Below, in pieces: positions 1 to 8,872 of a DNA stretch of 64,000 nucleotides. The notes beneath the pieces were generated by a model that worked only from the letters and a program-made list of their open reading frames with translations, was not told the DNA's origin and did not search any database. Position 1 is the first letter of the stretch; each line of letters opens with the position of its first letter. Source of the DNA: an uncultured Lachnospiraceae bacterium (GTDB taxonomy: Bacteria > Bacillota > Clostridia > Lachnospirales > Lachnospiraceae); contig CATNAD010000005.1 in NCBI GenBank assembly GCA_950087855.1, positions 7,816 to 71,815 of the forward strand, in the 5' to 3' direction. Made by a program: the position numbers and the translations under genes.

Positions 1-126
1 GTGGCCATGACCACGGAGAAGGCCACGGCGGGTGCGGCGGCCATGGGCACCACGGAGAAGGTCATCACGGCGGATGTGGCGGCCACGGCTGTCACTGAGA
101 CGGAATCGAGTAGGGAACACAAAAGT

Positions 127-155
127 AGGGGGCTGTTGAGAATATACAGCCCCCT
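127..155 (-). terminator. Putative intrinsic terminator ending the minus-strand sugar/dha operon
   Basis: GC-rich 9-bp stem AGGGGGCTG (127-135) / CAGCCCCCT (147-155) just beyond the dhaL stop at 176. On the minus strand it is followed by ACTTTTGTG. Confidence 0.5.
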
Positions 156-175
156 GACTTGCGTTTGTCAACCTG

Positions 176-814
176 TTATTTTAAAAGCGCCTGCATGGAG
201 TCCGCAATGGACGTCAGCATCAGGTAACAGCTAGTGGCGCCCGCATCCAGCACGCCCCGGCTTCTCTCGCCCAGGCGACTTGCACGACCGATCTTGGCGA
301 CCATGTTTTCCGTGGCCTGCCAGCCTTCCTTTGCGGCGGCCTTCAAATCATCCAGGGCGGCGGCAAAATCTTTGCCATCCTCAAGTGCCTTGCAGAAAGC
401 GTCTCTTGCAGGGACCATGGAGTCTAAGAGGCACTTGTCGCCGGGCTTTGCTCCGCCGATGTCCATGACGCCGTCCACGGCATTGCAGATCATGTCTTTG
501 AAAATATGCTCGTCAATGTCCTCGGCGTCCTCGCTGGCCATGGCCATTTCGTCAAAGAACACGCCGTAGAGAGGCCCCATGGAGCCGCCGATGTCCTCCA
601 TGAGGGTGGAGCTGAGAACACTTAAGCCCTCAGACATATTGTATTCTTTTCCGGCCAGCTTCTCGCTGGTCATGGTAAAGCCCTTGTTCATATTGATGCC
701 GTGATCGCCGTCACCGATCTTTCCGTCGACCTCGCTCAGAAAATCCTTGTTGGTCTGGATGGTTTTGATCAGGCCCTCGACGACGGACGCGGCCGCACTG
801 TTCTTAAATGACAT
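176..814 (-). CDS. dhaL: Dihydroxyacetone-kinase family, ADP-binding subunit L (DhaL-like)
   Basis: Translation from MSFKNSAAASVVEGL...DGKIGDGDHGINMNKGF carries the typical DhaL motif. The ATG at 814 is preceded by AGGAGA. The ORF-track start at 862 looks like an upstream extension. Confidence 0.85.
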   Translation of the reverse strand: MSFKNSAAASVVEGLIKTIQTNKDFLSEVDGKIGDGDHGINMNKGFTMTSEKLAGKEYNMSEGLSVLSSTLMEDIGGSMGPLYGVFFDEMAMASEDAEDIDEHIFKDMICNAVDGVMDIGGAKPGDKCLLDSMVPARDAFCKALEDGKDFAAALDDLKAAAKEGWQATENMVAKIGRASRLGERSRGVLDAGATSCYLMLTSIADSMQALLK

Positions 815-877
815 AGCTGTTTCTCCTTTTCGTTTCCTTTTCCATAAAACGGTTTTCACCATAAAGTGATTTTCGCC

Positions 878-1876
878 TTAAAGCTGTTTCAGTCCTACGG
901 AATCGGCGGGCATGTCGATGCACTCTTTCAGCTCGTCGTCCAGCTTCATGACGGTCAGGGTTACGCCCATCATTTCCAGGGAGGTGAAGTAATTGCCCAC
1001 ATAGGCTTTGTAGACGGTGATTCCTTTTTCCGCCAGCAGTTCCTCTACCTTATTATATACGATGTATTGTTCCATGACGGGGGTGGCGCCCAGGCCGGAT
1101 AAGAGGACCACGACCTCGTCGCCGGAAGCGAAAGGCAGGTCGGGGAGAATGATGTCCACCATCTCCGCAGCCATCTCGTCGGCCGTCTTCAGGGGTTCCA
1201 CCTTGATGCCGGGTTCCCCGTGGTGGCCGATGCCGACCTCCATATTGCCGTCCTCGATGGTGAAATTGGGATGTCCCACGGCGGGAATGGTGCAGGGGGC
1301 CGTGCCGATGCCTACGGAACGGGTGTTGTCAATGGCCTTCTGGGCGGCCGCAATGACGCCGTCCAGGTCCGCGCCCATGGCGGCCTTGGCACCGCCGACC
1401 TTCCACATCAGGACCTCGCCGGCCACGCCCCGCCGCTTCTCCAGCTCTGTCTTGGGAGCGGAAGCGCAGTCGTCGTTGGCAACGACAGTCTTCACGGTGA
1501 TGCCTTCCTTTTTGGCACTGCGGATGGCCATCTTGACGTTCATGTTGTCGCCGGCGTAATTTCCGTACAGGCAGGCGACGCCTTTTCCGGAATCGGCCGC
1601 TTTCATGGCATCTAAGAATGCCTTTGCGGTGGGGGAGGAGAAAATCTCTCCCGCTGCCACGGCGTCACAGAGATTTTTGCCGATGTATCCGATGAATGCA
1701 GGCTTGTGACCGGAGCCGCCGCCGGTCACGATGCCGACCTTGCCCTCCACGGGGGCATTGACATATTTCAAAACTCTGGGATTGTCTGTGGCGGAGACCA
1801 GATTCTTGTTGGCCTTTACAAAACCTTTTAACATATCCTCTACTACGAAATCGGGGTTGTTTACGATTCTGTTCAT
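878..1876 (-). CDS. dhaK: Dihydroxyacetone-kinase family, substrate-binding subunit K (DhaK-like)
   Basis: MNRIVNNPDFVVEDMLKGF...GGGSGHKPAF...GEPG are DhaK-type motifs. The ATG at 1876 has an AAGGAG RBS and the gene sits directly upstream of dhaL. Confidence 0.85.
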   Translation of the reverse strand: MNRIVNNPDFVVEDMLKGFVKANKNLVSATDNPRVLKYVNAPVEGKVGIVTGGGSGHKPAFIGYIGKNLCDAVAAGEIFSSPTAKAFLDAMKAADSGKGVACLYGNYAGDNMNVKMAIRSAKKEGITVKTVVANDDCASAPKTELEKRRGVAGEVLMWKVGGAKAAMGADLDGVIAAAQKAIDNTRSVGIGTAPCTIPAVGHPNFTIEDGNMEVGIGHHGEPGIKVEPLKTADEMAAEMVDIILPDLPFASGDEVVVLLSGLGATPVMEQYIVYNKVEELLAEKGITVYKAYVGNYFTSLEMMGVTLTVMKLDDELKECIDMPADSVGLKQL

Positions 1877-1948
1877 AACATGCTCCTTTATCTTGTCATT
1901 CCCTGCGGCTGCTGGCCGCAGAGCTGTCATCTTCCTTTGGGAGAGGCT

Positions 1949-2401
1949 TTACTTGCGATAAGAGGCGTCCACCTCGTTGATTCTGGCGACTTTGGGGGCG
2001 GAGCCGCCGCCGGCGAAGTCGCAGGTTAACCAAATGTCCACCAGATATTTTGCCAGCTCCACACCAATGACGCGCTCACCCATGCACATGATCTGGGCGT
2101 CGTTGCTCTTTCTGGAGCGTTCTGTGGAGAAGGGATCGTGGCAGACGGCGGCACGGATGCCGGGAACCTTGTTGGCCGTGATGCACATGCCGATGCCGGT
2201 TCCGCAAACCAGGATGCCCCGGTCGTATTCGCCTCTGGCGACGGCCTCCGCCACCTTCTGCGCCACGTCGGGATAGAGGATCACTTCGCCCTCGTCGGCC
2301 CCGAAATCATGGTATTCAATGCCTTCTTTTGAGTCCAGATGTTTCATGACAGCTACTTTCAGAGCATAAGCGGCTTCGTCACAGCCGATTGCAATTTTCA
2401 T
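1949..2401 (-). CDS. rpiB: RpiB/LacA/LacB-family sugar-phosphate isomerase
   Basis: MKIAIGCDEAAY...ILVCGTGIGMCITANKVPGIRAA...ERSRKSNDAQIMCMG is the characteristic RpiB/LacAB pattern. Confidence 0.8.
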   Translation of the reverse strand: MKIAIGCDEAAYALKVAVMKHLDSKEGIEYHDFGADEGEVILYPDVAQKVAEAVARGEYDRGILVCGTGIGMCITANKVPGIRAAVCHDPFSTERSRKSNDAQIMCMGERVIGVELAKYLVDIWLTCDFAGGGSAPKVARINEVDASYRK

Positions 2402-2470
2402 GGTCAGTTCTCGCTTTCTTTTTAAAATGGCCTGCGGCAACCCGCAGGCCGTAAGTATTACGTCGTTGTG

Positions 2471-3328
2471 TTACATTGCGTCAGCGATGGCTTTCAGGTT
2501 GGCAAGGCCGTCACGAGCCAGGTCCTCGCCGGTGGGGGCGAAGCTCCGCCAGATGGCGCAGTTGCCGGAAAGCTCCTCAAAGCTGGGATCGAAGGACTCG
2601 ATGACCAGGGGGCCGTCGTAGCCGATCTCGTGGACTGCCTGGAAGAATTCCTTAAAGGGCACCAGGCCGGTTCCGGGAATTCCTCTGTCGTTCTCGTTTA
2701 CGTGGATGTAGCCCAGATATTCCTTGCCGCAGGTCTTCACGGCGCCGGCAAAGCTCTTCTCCTCGCGGATCATGTGGAAGCAGTCCAGATGAACCTTGAT
2801 GTTGTCGCCGCCCACGTCCTTGCAGAATTTCACGGCATCCTCTGCGATATTGAGAAAATGGGTTTCAAACCGGTTGACGCACTCCACGCAGATGGTCACG
2901 TTTCCGGTCCCTTTTGCGTAAGCCGTGTTTTCTTTCATGCATTCCACGGCCCAGGCCCACTCCTGCTCCGTGCGGGGTTTTTTGGTGAGATATCCCCAGC
3001 CGGCATAGTTTACGCCGCCGAGGATGGGAGCGCCCAGGTAATTGCAGATGTCCACGCATTTCTTCATGGCTGCCACGGAAGCTTTTCTGATTTCCGGGTC
3101 GGGAGAAATGGGGTTGGTCTCCGGCGTCAGGGTCGTCGTGCACACGCAGTCGATGCCGACCTTATCCAGTTCCGCTTTGACAGCTTCCGTGGGGAAGGTG
3201 AAAGGATTGGAGACGGCGAAATCAATGACCTCGAAGCCCATCTCTTTGGCCTTGGGAATGACCCAGAGGTCCTTCTCGCTGAAGCTTTCTGCCCAGATGA
3301 AGCTGTCCACGCCAAATTTAAAATACAT
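2471..3328 (-). CDS. Xylose-isomerase-like TIM-barrel sugar (phosphate) isomerase/epimerase, ketose 3-epimerase-like
   Basis: MYFKFGVDSFIWAESF...ICVECVNRFETHFLN...HLDCFHM...HVNENDRG carries E/D/H/E metal-ligand-type motifs like tagatose/psicose 3-epimerases. GGAGGA RBS. Confidence 0.75.
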   Translation of the reverse strand: MYFKFGVDSFIWAESFSEKDLWVIPKAKEMGFEVIDFAVSNPFTFPTEAVKAELDKVGIDCVCTTTLTPETNPISPDPEIRKASVAAMKKCVDICNYLGAPILGGVNYAGWGYLTKKPRTEQEWAWAVECMKENTAYAKGTGNVTICVECVNRFETHFLNIAEDAVKFCKDVGGDNIKVHLDCFHMIREEKSFAGAVKTCGKEYLGYIHVNENDRGIPGTGLVPFKEFFQAVHEIGYDGPLVIESFDPSFEELSGNCAIWRSFAPTGEDLARDGLANLKAIADAM

Positions 3329-3395
3329 AAGTTATCCTCCAAATCATGTCTGATGGACCAGGTTGTGTTTGATGTATGGGTCCATGTACTGTGGA

Positions 3396-4598
3396 TTAAA
3401 CGGTTGCAGGTACGTCGGGGTTGTTGTTGGCAAAGTTCTGCAAAACAACCAGGGGTTCGTAGGAGCTTCCGTTGGTGATCTTCACGCCCTTCTTTGCGGC
3501 GGCTTCGGAGACGAAGAACTCGTCCGCAGTCAGGTCCTCGTAGCGGACCATCTCGGGAGCCTGACACTCGAATTTGCCGAAGGTTCCGTGGCCCTGGGAG
3601 ATCACCGCGCAGTAGCAGGCGGCGTCTGTCAGCACGTAGCTCTGTCCCGGAAGGACGGTGACTTCTTTCGCGGCAACCCACTCGTTGGCGTAGGCAACCC
3701 ATTTCTCGACGGCGGCTTCGGATTCCTGACGGACCTTCGGCGCACGGAAATAAGTCTCCTTGTAGTCGGGACGGGTGCTTTCCTCCCAGTCAATCTGATT
3801 GAAGATGGCCTCCAGGTCGTCCTTCTCCTCCTCAGGAGCACAGTCGGTCAGCATGTTGTGAGGGTTCACCTCGCCCATGGTGACATTCTCCATGATGGTG
3901 TTCACGTCGCTGTTCCACTGAGGCTCATAGGTCACCAGGGAGGCGGGGGCATGAATGACTCCGGCGGGGGTGTACCAGCCGGTGCCGAGCTGAATCCGGT
4001 AAGCTCTGGAGAGCTCAGTGATCCTGGTATCTTTCACGTCATAATTCTTCAGGCATTCCATGACCTCTTCCTTGGTGGTGGAGGGATCGAAGCCGAAGTA
4101 GGTGAGAGGGAATCTTCCTAAATAAGAGGCATTGTACTGGGGCGGGAAGTAGTAAGCTTCGGGTTTTCCGTGCATGCCGATCTTGTTGGCCTTCTCCTCC
4201 GTCAGGTGGAGATGATGGAACAGGGGCTTGTCATAATCGTACAGCTTGGCGAAGGTGGGCCAGGTGCCGTATTTCTCCATCAGAGCGTCGCCGATCAGGT
4301 CTGCCCCCAGCTCTTCGACGAAATCCTTGAACAGCTCTTTCGCCTTGGAAGCCCGGTCCACGAGAACATAGCTCATGCCTTCCGTTTCGCCGGTTTTGGG
4401 GCCGTTTAACGCCTTGGCGAGGGAGCCAAGCCACCGCTCGCAGATGCCGCCGCGGTCCATTCCCAGGGCGAAGTAATCGTCGGGATGCAGTCTCAGCCTG
4501 CGGCCGGGCTCGTTGAATCCACGGGGAACCCAGGTAGGGGTCAGTTGAAGGACGCCCTCACCGTCTTCAAACACTTTGCGAATCGTTTCTTTTGACAA
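3396..4598 (-). CDS. PMI-like cupin protein (putative sugar isomerase)
   Basis: 400-aa ORF with a TTG start and strong AGGAGG RBS. The segment LFHHLHL...HGKPEAYYF resembles the QVHP...GKxExWY motif of class I mannose-6-phosphate isomerases. Only a weak family assignment is possible by eye. Confidence 0.45.
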   Translation of the reverse strand: MSKETIRKVFEDGEGVLQLTPTWVPRGFNEPGRRLRLHPDDYFALGMDRGGICERWLGSLAKALNGPKTGETEGMSYVLVDRASKAKELFKDFVEELGADLIGDALMEKYGTWPTFAKLYDYDKPLFHHLHLTEEKANKIGMHGKPEAYYFPPQYNASYLGRFPLTYFGFDPSTTKEEVMECLKNYDVKDTRITELSRAYRIQLGTGWYTPAGVIHAPASLVTYEPQWNSDVNTIMENVTMGEVNPHNMLTDCAPEEEKDDLEAIFNQIDWEESTRPDYKETYFRAPKVRQESEAAVEKWVAYANEWVAAKEVTVLPGQSYVLTDAACYCAVISQGHGTFGKFECQAPEMVRYEDLTADEFFVSEAAAKKGVKITNGSSYEPLVVLQNFANNNPDVPATV

Positions 4599-4875
4599 AA
4601 CAGTACCCTCCTTTATTTTTGAAAAATTTACATTGTGAACACAAAAACAGAAGATTGCGCGATTTGGTAATATTGCAACACAATCTAGTTATAGATTACA
4701 CTCTAGAAAAAAAAATGTCAAGATAGAACAGTCATTTTTCACATGAAACGAGGGAAAAAATTGTTCATAATTACTAATGAGATTTTTTCTCTCATAAAAT
4801 GGGTTTTGGAAATATATAGAAATGATGTGAAAAAAGCAAGACCACCGGAGCAATGGTGGCCTTGATAAAAAATTT

Positions 4876-6147
4876 TTATTCTTTTTCGTCTTCTTCCGGT
4901 TCTGGCAGATACATTTTTACCCACTCGATCCGGTTTTTGTTCATGACCTCCACCACGAAGCGAATGTTCTGGCAGATGACGCTTTCTTTGGCGATGGGGA
5001 CGTGGTCCAGCTCGCCGATGATCAAGCCGCCCACGGAATCGTAGTCTTCGGAGGAAAGGGTAAGTTCCAGAGCGTCGTTGATGTCGTCCAGCTTCATGGA
5101 GCCCTCGACCCGGTATTCCCGCTCCCCGATCTTCTGAAGGCTCTTCAGCTCGTCTTCGTCGTATTCGTCGCGGATTTCTCCGACGATCTCTTCCAGCAAG
5201 TCCTCCAAGGTCACGAGACCGGCGGTGGCGCCGTATTCGTCCAGCACGATGGCAAGGCTCATGGAGTTCTGACGCATGTCAATGAAAAGCTCGGAGGTCT
5301 TTTTAAACTCGTAAGTAAAATAAGCTTCCCGCAGGTAATCCTGAAGGCGGAAGGGCGTGTCTTTTTTGTAAAAGAGCAGATCCTTCATATTTATAATGCC
5401 GATCACATTGTCGGTAGTATCGCGATATACAGGAATGCGGGTGAACATGCTTTCCCGGTAAATCTCTAAGAGCTCGTCATAAGTTGCGTCCTCACGGGCG
5501 AACACCATGTGAATGCGGGGAACCATGACATCCTTGGCCTGGGCGTCCCCAAAATCGACCACGTTGTTGATCATCTTCCGCTCTTCGCTTTCGATGACTC
5601 CTTCTTCGTGGCTGACGTCCACGATGGTGCGAAGTTCTTTCTCCGTAATGGTGTCGGCTTTGGCGTCGGGATCCACCTGCATCAGGCGCAAAAATCCTCT
5701 CGCTAGCTGGTTAACGATGAAGATCACCGGAGTCAACAGCTTCATCAGAAGGGAGATGACCCCCGCCATCTTGAGGGCCATGGATTCGGCTTTCAGAGTA
5801 GCCATGGTCTTGGGGGAGATTTCGCCGAAGATCAGGATCAGCAGGGTGATGATGCCGGTGGCGATGCCCACATAGGCGTTGCCGAATTTTTTGATGACCA
5901 GGGTGGTGATCAGGGAGGAAGCGCTTAGGTTTACCACGTTGTTCCCGATCAGGATCGCACTGAGCATCTTGCCCTTGTTGCTGATGACTCGCTCCAGGGT
6001 GAGGGCCCGCTTGTTCCCTTCTTCGATCAGGGTTCGGATCCGCACGTGGCTGATGGTTAAGAGCGCCGTTTCCGCAGAAGAGAAAAAGGCGGATAAGAAT
6101 AATAAGACAATGAGGCTGACAATCTGTATGACGTCACTTGGGTCCAA
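4876..6147 (-). CDS. CNNM/TlyC-type membrane protein (DUF21 - CBS pair - CorC_HlyC)
   Basis: N-terminal TM region with FFSSAETAL, a central CBS-pair-like region and C-terminal ...LEEIVGEIRDEYDE... typical of HlyC/CorC family proteins. Confidence 0.85.
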   Translation of the reverse strand: MDPSDVIQIVSLIVLLFLSAFFSSAETALLTISHVRIRTLIEEGNKRALTLERVISNKGKMLSAILIGNNVVNLSASSLITTLVIKKFGNAYVGIATGIITLLILIFGEISPKTMATLKAESMALKMAGVISLLMKLLTPVIFIVNQLARGFLRLMQVDPDAKADTITEKELRTIVDVSHEEGVIESEERKMINNVVDFGDAQAKDVMVPRIHMVFAREDATYDELLEIYRESMFTRIPVYRDTTDNVIGIINMKDLLFYKKDTPFRLQDYLREAYFTYEFKKTSELFIDMRQNSMSLAIVLDEYGATAGLVTLEDLLEEIVGEIRDEYDEDELKSLQKIGEREYRVEGSMKLDDINDALELTLSSEDYDSVGGLIIGELDHVPIAKESVICQNIRFVVEVMNKNRIEWVKMYLPEPEEDEKE

Positions 6148-6272
6148 AAAAAATCACTCTCCTAAACGTTATTATATGGAAATGATTGTACAATATTGTC
6201 ATGCGGCTGTCAAGAAAATCACTGTTTTCGTTGGGACTTTCTGCCGGGACTCAAAGAGTTCGACATGGTTGA

Positions 6273-6615
6273 TCGCCGGCGGAAAAGCTTGAAGTGTCGG
6301 TCAGGACGATTTACAGGGATGTCGACGCTTTGAGTGCGGCCGGCATTCCCGTTTATGCGGAGGCAGGCAGAAACGGCAGGATTCGCCTGATGCATGAGTT
6401 TGTCCTGGACAAAGCCGTGTTGTCCAAGCAGGAGAAGCGGGAGATTCTTGCAGCCTTGCAAGCTTGCCTAAAAGGCGAAGGCGTGGTATCTGAAAGCCTT
6501 TTGCACGGAGAGACAGGACTGGCGCATGTTCAAGTCCTTCGGAACGCAAATGGAGATCTTTTCCCCGGCCTGCCTGAGAGAGGCCGCAGCCGAAGCGGCA
6601 AGGGAAATTAAGGAA
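6273..6615 (+). pseudogene. Decayed YafY-type (HTH + WYL) transcriptional regulator
   Basis: The HTH segment [37 protein letters not shown] is preceded by an in-frame TGA at 6270, so the N-terminus is missing. A typical C-terminal end ([21 protein letters not shown]) appears in a different frame near 6555-6615, and the WYL core is absent. Confidence 0.6.
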
Positions 6616-6616
6616 G

Positions 6617-6901
6617 ATGAAAGAGAGAGAGCAGAGGTTTTATCAGTGCTGTAGGATGCCCGTGGGAGATACGGATGAGTTGTATGGGATGAACGCCGAC
6701 GGAAGTAAAAATGACGAATTCTGTAAGTATTGTTTTGAAAACGGTAGATTTACGTTCCAGGGCACGATGGAAGAACTGATTGAGGTATGTGTCCCCAATA
6801 TAGCGGCTGCCAATCCGGACATGAGCGAGGATGAGGCGAGGCGGATCATGCGGGAATGTTTCCCGACGTTAAAACACTGGAACGGGTACACCGGCCGGTA
6901 A
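6617..6901 (+). CDS. Small zinc-ribbon domain protein
   Basis: 94 aa with cysteines in YQCCRMP and a CKYC pair, then a helical tail. This gene type is often found beside YafY regulators. Confidence 0.55.
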   Translation: MKEREQRFYQCCRMPVGDTDELYGMNADGSKNDEFCKYCFENGRFTFQGTMEELIEVCVPNIAAANPDMSEDEARRIMRECFPTLKHWNGYTGR

Positions 6902-7077
6902 ATGTAGGGAAGAATGCTCTTCTCCGGGGATTTATGAAAATTATGAAAACAGGAAGCCCTTTTTGTTTACGTATTCTTTAGGCATTCTTTAGGAAAAACA
7001 AGTCGAAATTAGAGGAAAGCTGTGTTATGATGGTAGACAGAATGTGGGGACTTTAAATATGGAAGGGGGAGGGGCTT

Positions 7078-7893
7078 ATGGCGGTCAGACTGGTGGCGCT
7101 TGACCTGGACGGGACGGCGCTCATGGAGCATCGGATCTTTTCGGAGCGGATGCGGCGGGCGGTCCTTGATGCGCTTGGGGCGGGGATTTTGGTGGTCCCG
7201 GCCACGGGGCGTTCTTATGTGGACATTCCGGAGGCGGTCCGGAAGGTTCCCGGCATTCCCTGTTTTCTGACGTCCAACGGGGCGAACATCGTGGACGGGA
7301 CGGGAAAGAGCATCTGCACGGATCTGATCCCCTGGGTGTGGTGCGTGAGGGCCCTCCGAATCCTGGAGGAATATGACACCCAGCCGTCCGTACATATAAA
7401 CGGGGCCAGCGTGAATTTAAAGACGGCGGATCCCCGGATCGTGGCCCGCTACGGGAACAGCAATTATTTTAAGCGGTACAGCGTGGGGGATCTGGCCGGT
7501 TATGTGGAAGAGCAGAGGACGGATGTCGAGAAGATTTTCGCGGTTCTTTTTGAGCGGGACCGGAAGGCGGAGCTGACGTCCAGGATCACCTCGGAGCTTT
7601 CTTTGGGCGTGTCGGCGTCCGGGCCGGACAATATCGAGTTCAACAGCCTGACGGCCTCCAAGGGGCATGGCCTTTCCATGCTCTGCGAACAGTTTGGGAT
7701 CGAGGCGGCCCGGACGGCGGCCATCGGCGACAGCATTAACGACATTTCCATGTTCGCCTTTGCGGGCTGTTCGGTGGCCATGGGAAATGGGGAGGCATGC
7801 CTGAAGGAAATGGCCGACTATGAGACGGAGGACTGTCGGGAGGACGGGGCGGCGAAGGCCCTGGAGCGTCTCATAAGCGGCGAGTGGAAGTGA
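7078..7893 (+). CDS. Cof-type HAD-IIB family hydrolase (sugar phosphatase-like)
   Basis: LVALDLDGTAL (HAD motif I), ATGRS (motif II) and GDSINDISMF (motif IV). Confidence 0.85.
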   Translation: MAVRLVALDLDGTALMEHRIFSERMRRAVLDALGAGILVVPATGRSYVDIPEAVRKVPGIPCFLTSNGANIVDGTGKSICTDLIPWVWCVRALRILEEYDTQPSVHINGASVNLKTADPRIVARYGNSNYFKRYSVGDLAGYVEEQRTDVEKIFAVLFERDRKAELTSRITSELSLGVSASGPDNIEFNSLTASKGHGLSMLCEQFGIEAARTAAIGDSINDISMFAFAGCSVAMGNGEACLKEMADYETEDCREDGAAKALERLISGEWK

Positions 7894-7900
7894 ACAGGTA

Positions 7901-8038
7901 ATTGCGAAACGTGAAATTCATCGGATATTCTGGCAATATTTCCGGGAAAAGCCCTCTGGTCTTGCCGGAACGATTGGCGCTGCAGGCTTTGGACGGACGT
8001 ATTGCCAGAATATTCAACAAATTTTTAAGCTTCGCAAT
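7901..8038 (+). promoter_or_regulatory. Long imperfect inverted repeat / structured leader upstream of the ABC transporter genes
   Basis: ATTGCGAA (7901-7908) pairs with TTCGCAAT (8031-8038). ATATTCTGGCAATA (7925-7938) pairs with TATTGCCAGAATAT (8000-8013). A nested TTCCGG/CCGGAA pair lies inside. Confidence 0.4.
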
Positions 8039-8076
8039 CACCTAATTATGGAAGTAAACGGAAGGAGAGGAAGCCG

Positions 8077-8781
8077 ATGGCGGCATTCGTGGAGTTCAAG
8101 GGGGTTAAGAAAACCTACCAGATGGGGGAAATCGTGATCAAGGCGGTGGATGGCATGGATTTTTCCATCGAAAAGGGGGAGTTCGTCATCATCGTCGGGC
8201 CCAGCGGGGCGGGCAAGACCACGGTCCTCAACATTCTGGGCGGCATGGACCGGGCCTCGTCGGGGCAGGTGCTGGTGGACGGCGTGGACGTGGCCTGCTT
8301 TGACAGACGGCGGATGACGAAGTACCGCAGGGAGGACATCGGCTTTGTCTTTCAGTTTTACAATCTGGTCCAGAACCTTACGGCCCTGGAAAACGTGGAG
8401 CTGGCCCTCCAAATCTGCAAAGACCATCTGGATGCGGAGGAGATCCTTAAGGACGTGGGGTTGGGGGACCGGATGGACAATTTCCCCTCCCAGCTTTCCG
8501 GCGGGGAACAGCAGAGGGTGTCCATCGCCAGGGCGCTGGCCAAAAACCCGAAGCTTCTGCTCTGCGACGAGCCAACGGGAGCCTTGGATTACCAGACCGG
8601 CAAGGCGATCCTCAAGCTTTTGCAGGACACCTGCCGGAAGCGGGGGATGACGGTGGTGGTCATCACCCACAATTCTGCCCTTGCGCCCATGGCGGACCGG
8701 GTTTTTAAGATCAAGAACGGAAGGATCTCTTCCATGAGGGTCAATGAGACGCCGGTTCCGGTGGAGGAGATCGAGTGGTAA
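8077..8781 (+). CDS. ABC transporter ATP-binding protein (MacB/LolD/FtsE-like)
   Basis: Walker [10 protein letters not shown], signature LSGGEQQR, Walker [13 protein letters not shown] and H-loop ITHN. Confidence 0.9.
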   Translation: MAAFVEFKGVKKTYQMGEIVIKAVDGMDFSIEKGEFVIIVGPSGAGKTTVLNILGGMDRASSGQVLVDGVDVACFDRRRMTKYRREDIGFVFQFYNLVQNLTALENVELALQICKDHLDAEEILKDVGLGDRMDNFPSQLSGGEQQRVSIARALAKNPKLLLCDEPTGALDYQTGKAILKLLQDTCRKRGMTVVVITHNSALAPMADRVFKIKNGRISSMRVNETPVPVEEIEW

Positions 8782-8872
8782 TTTTTGAGTTTCGCAATCG
8801 CCGGTAGCCTTTTTAGAGGGAAAGGGGCCCGGAGCGGTATTTCGCAGAAAACGGATCGGGGAAGATGCGGAT

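Noticed and set aside
1-234. 77-aa plus-strand ORF at the left edge, with a possible minus-strand hydrophobic fragment leaving the window.
   Set aside because: The plus ORF runs through the terminator hairpin at 127-155 and into the dhaL 3-prime end. The minus-strand fragment (MTFSVVPMAAAPAVAFSVVMAT...) is too short and truncated to call.
2468-4121. Plus-strand ORFs 2468-3478 and 3363-4121 opposite the epimerase and cupin genes.
   Set aside because: The minus-strand products carry recognisable enzyme motifs and good RBSs. The plus-strand translations are Gly/Val/Ala-rich with no motifs.
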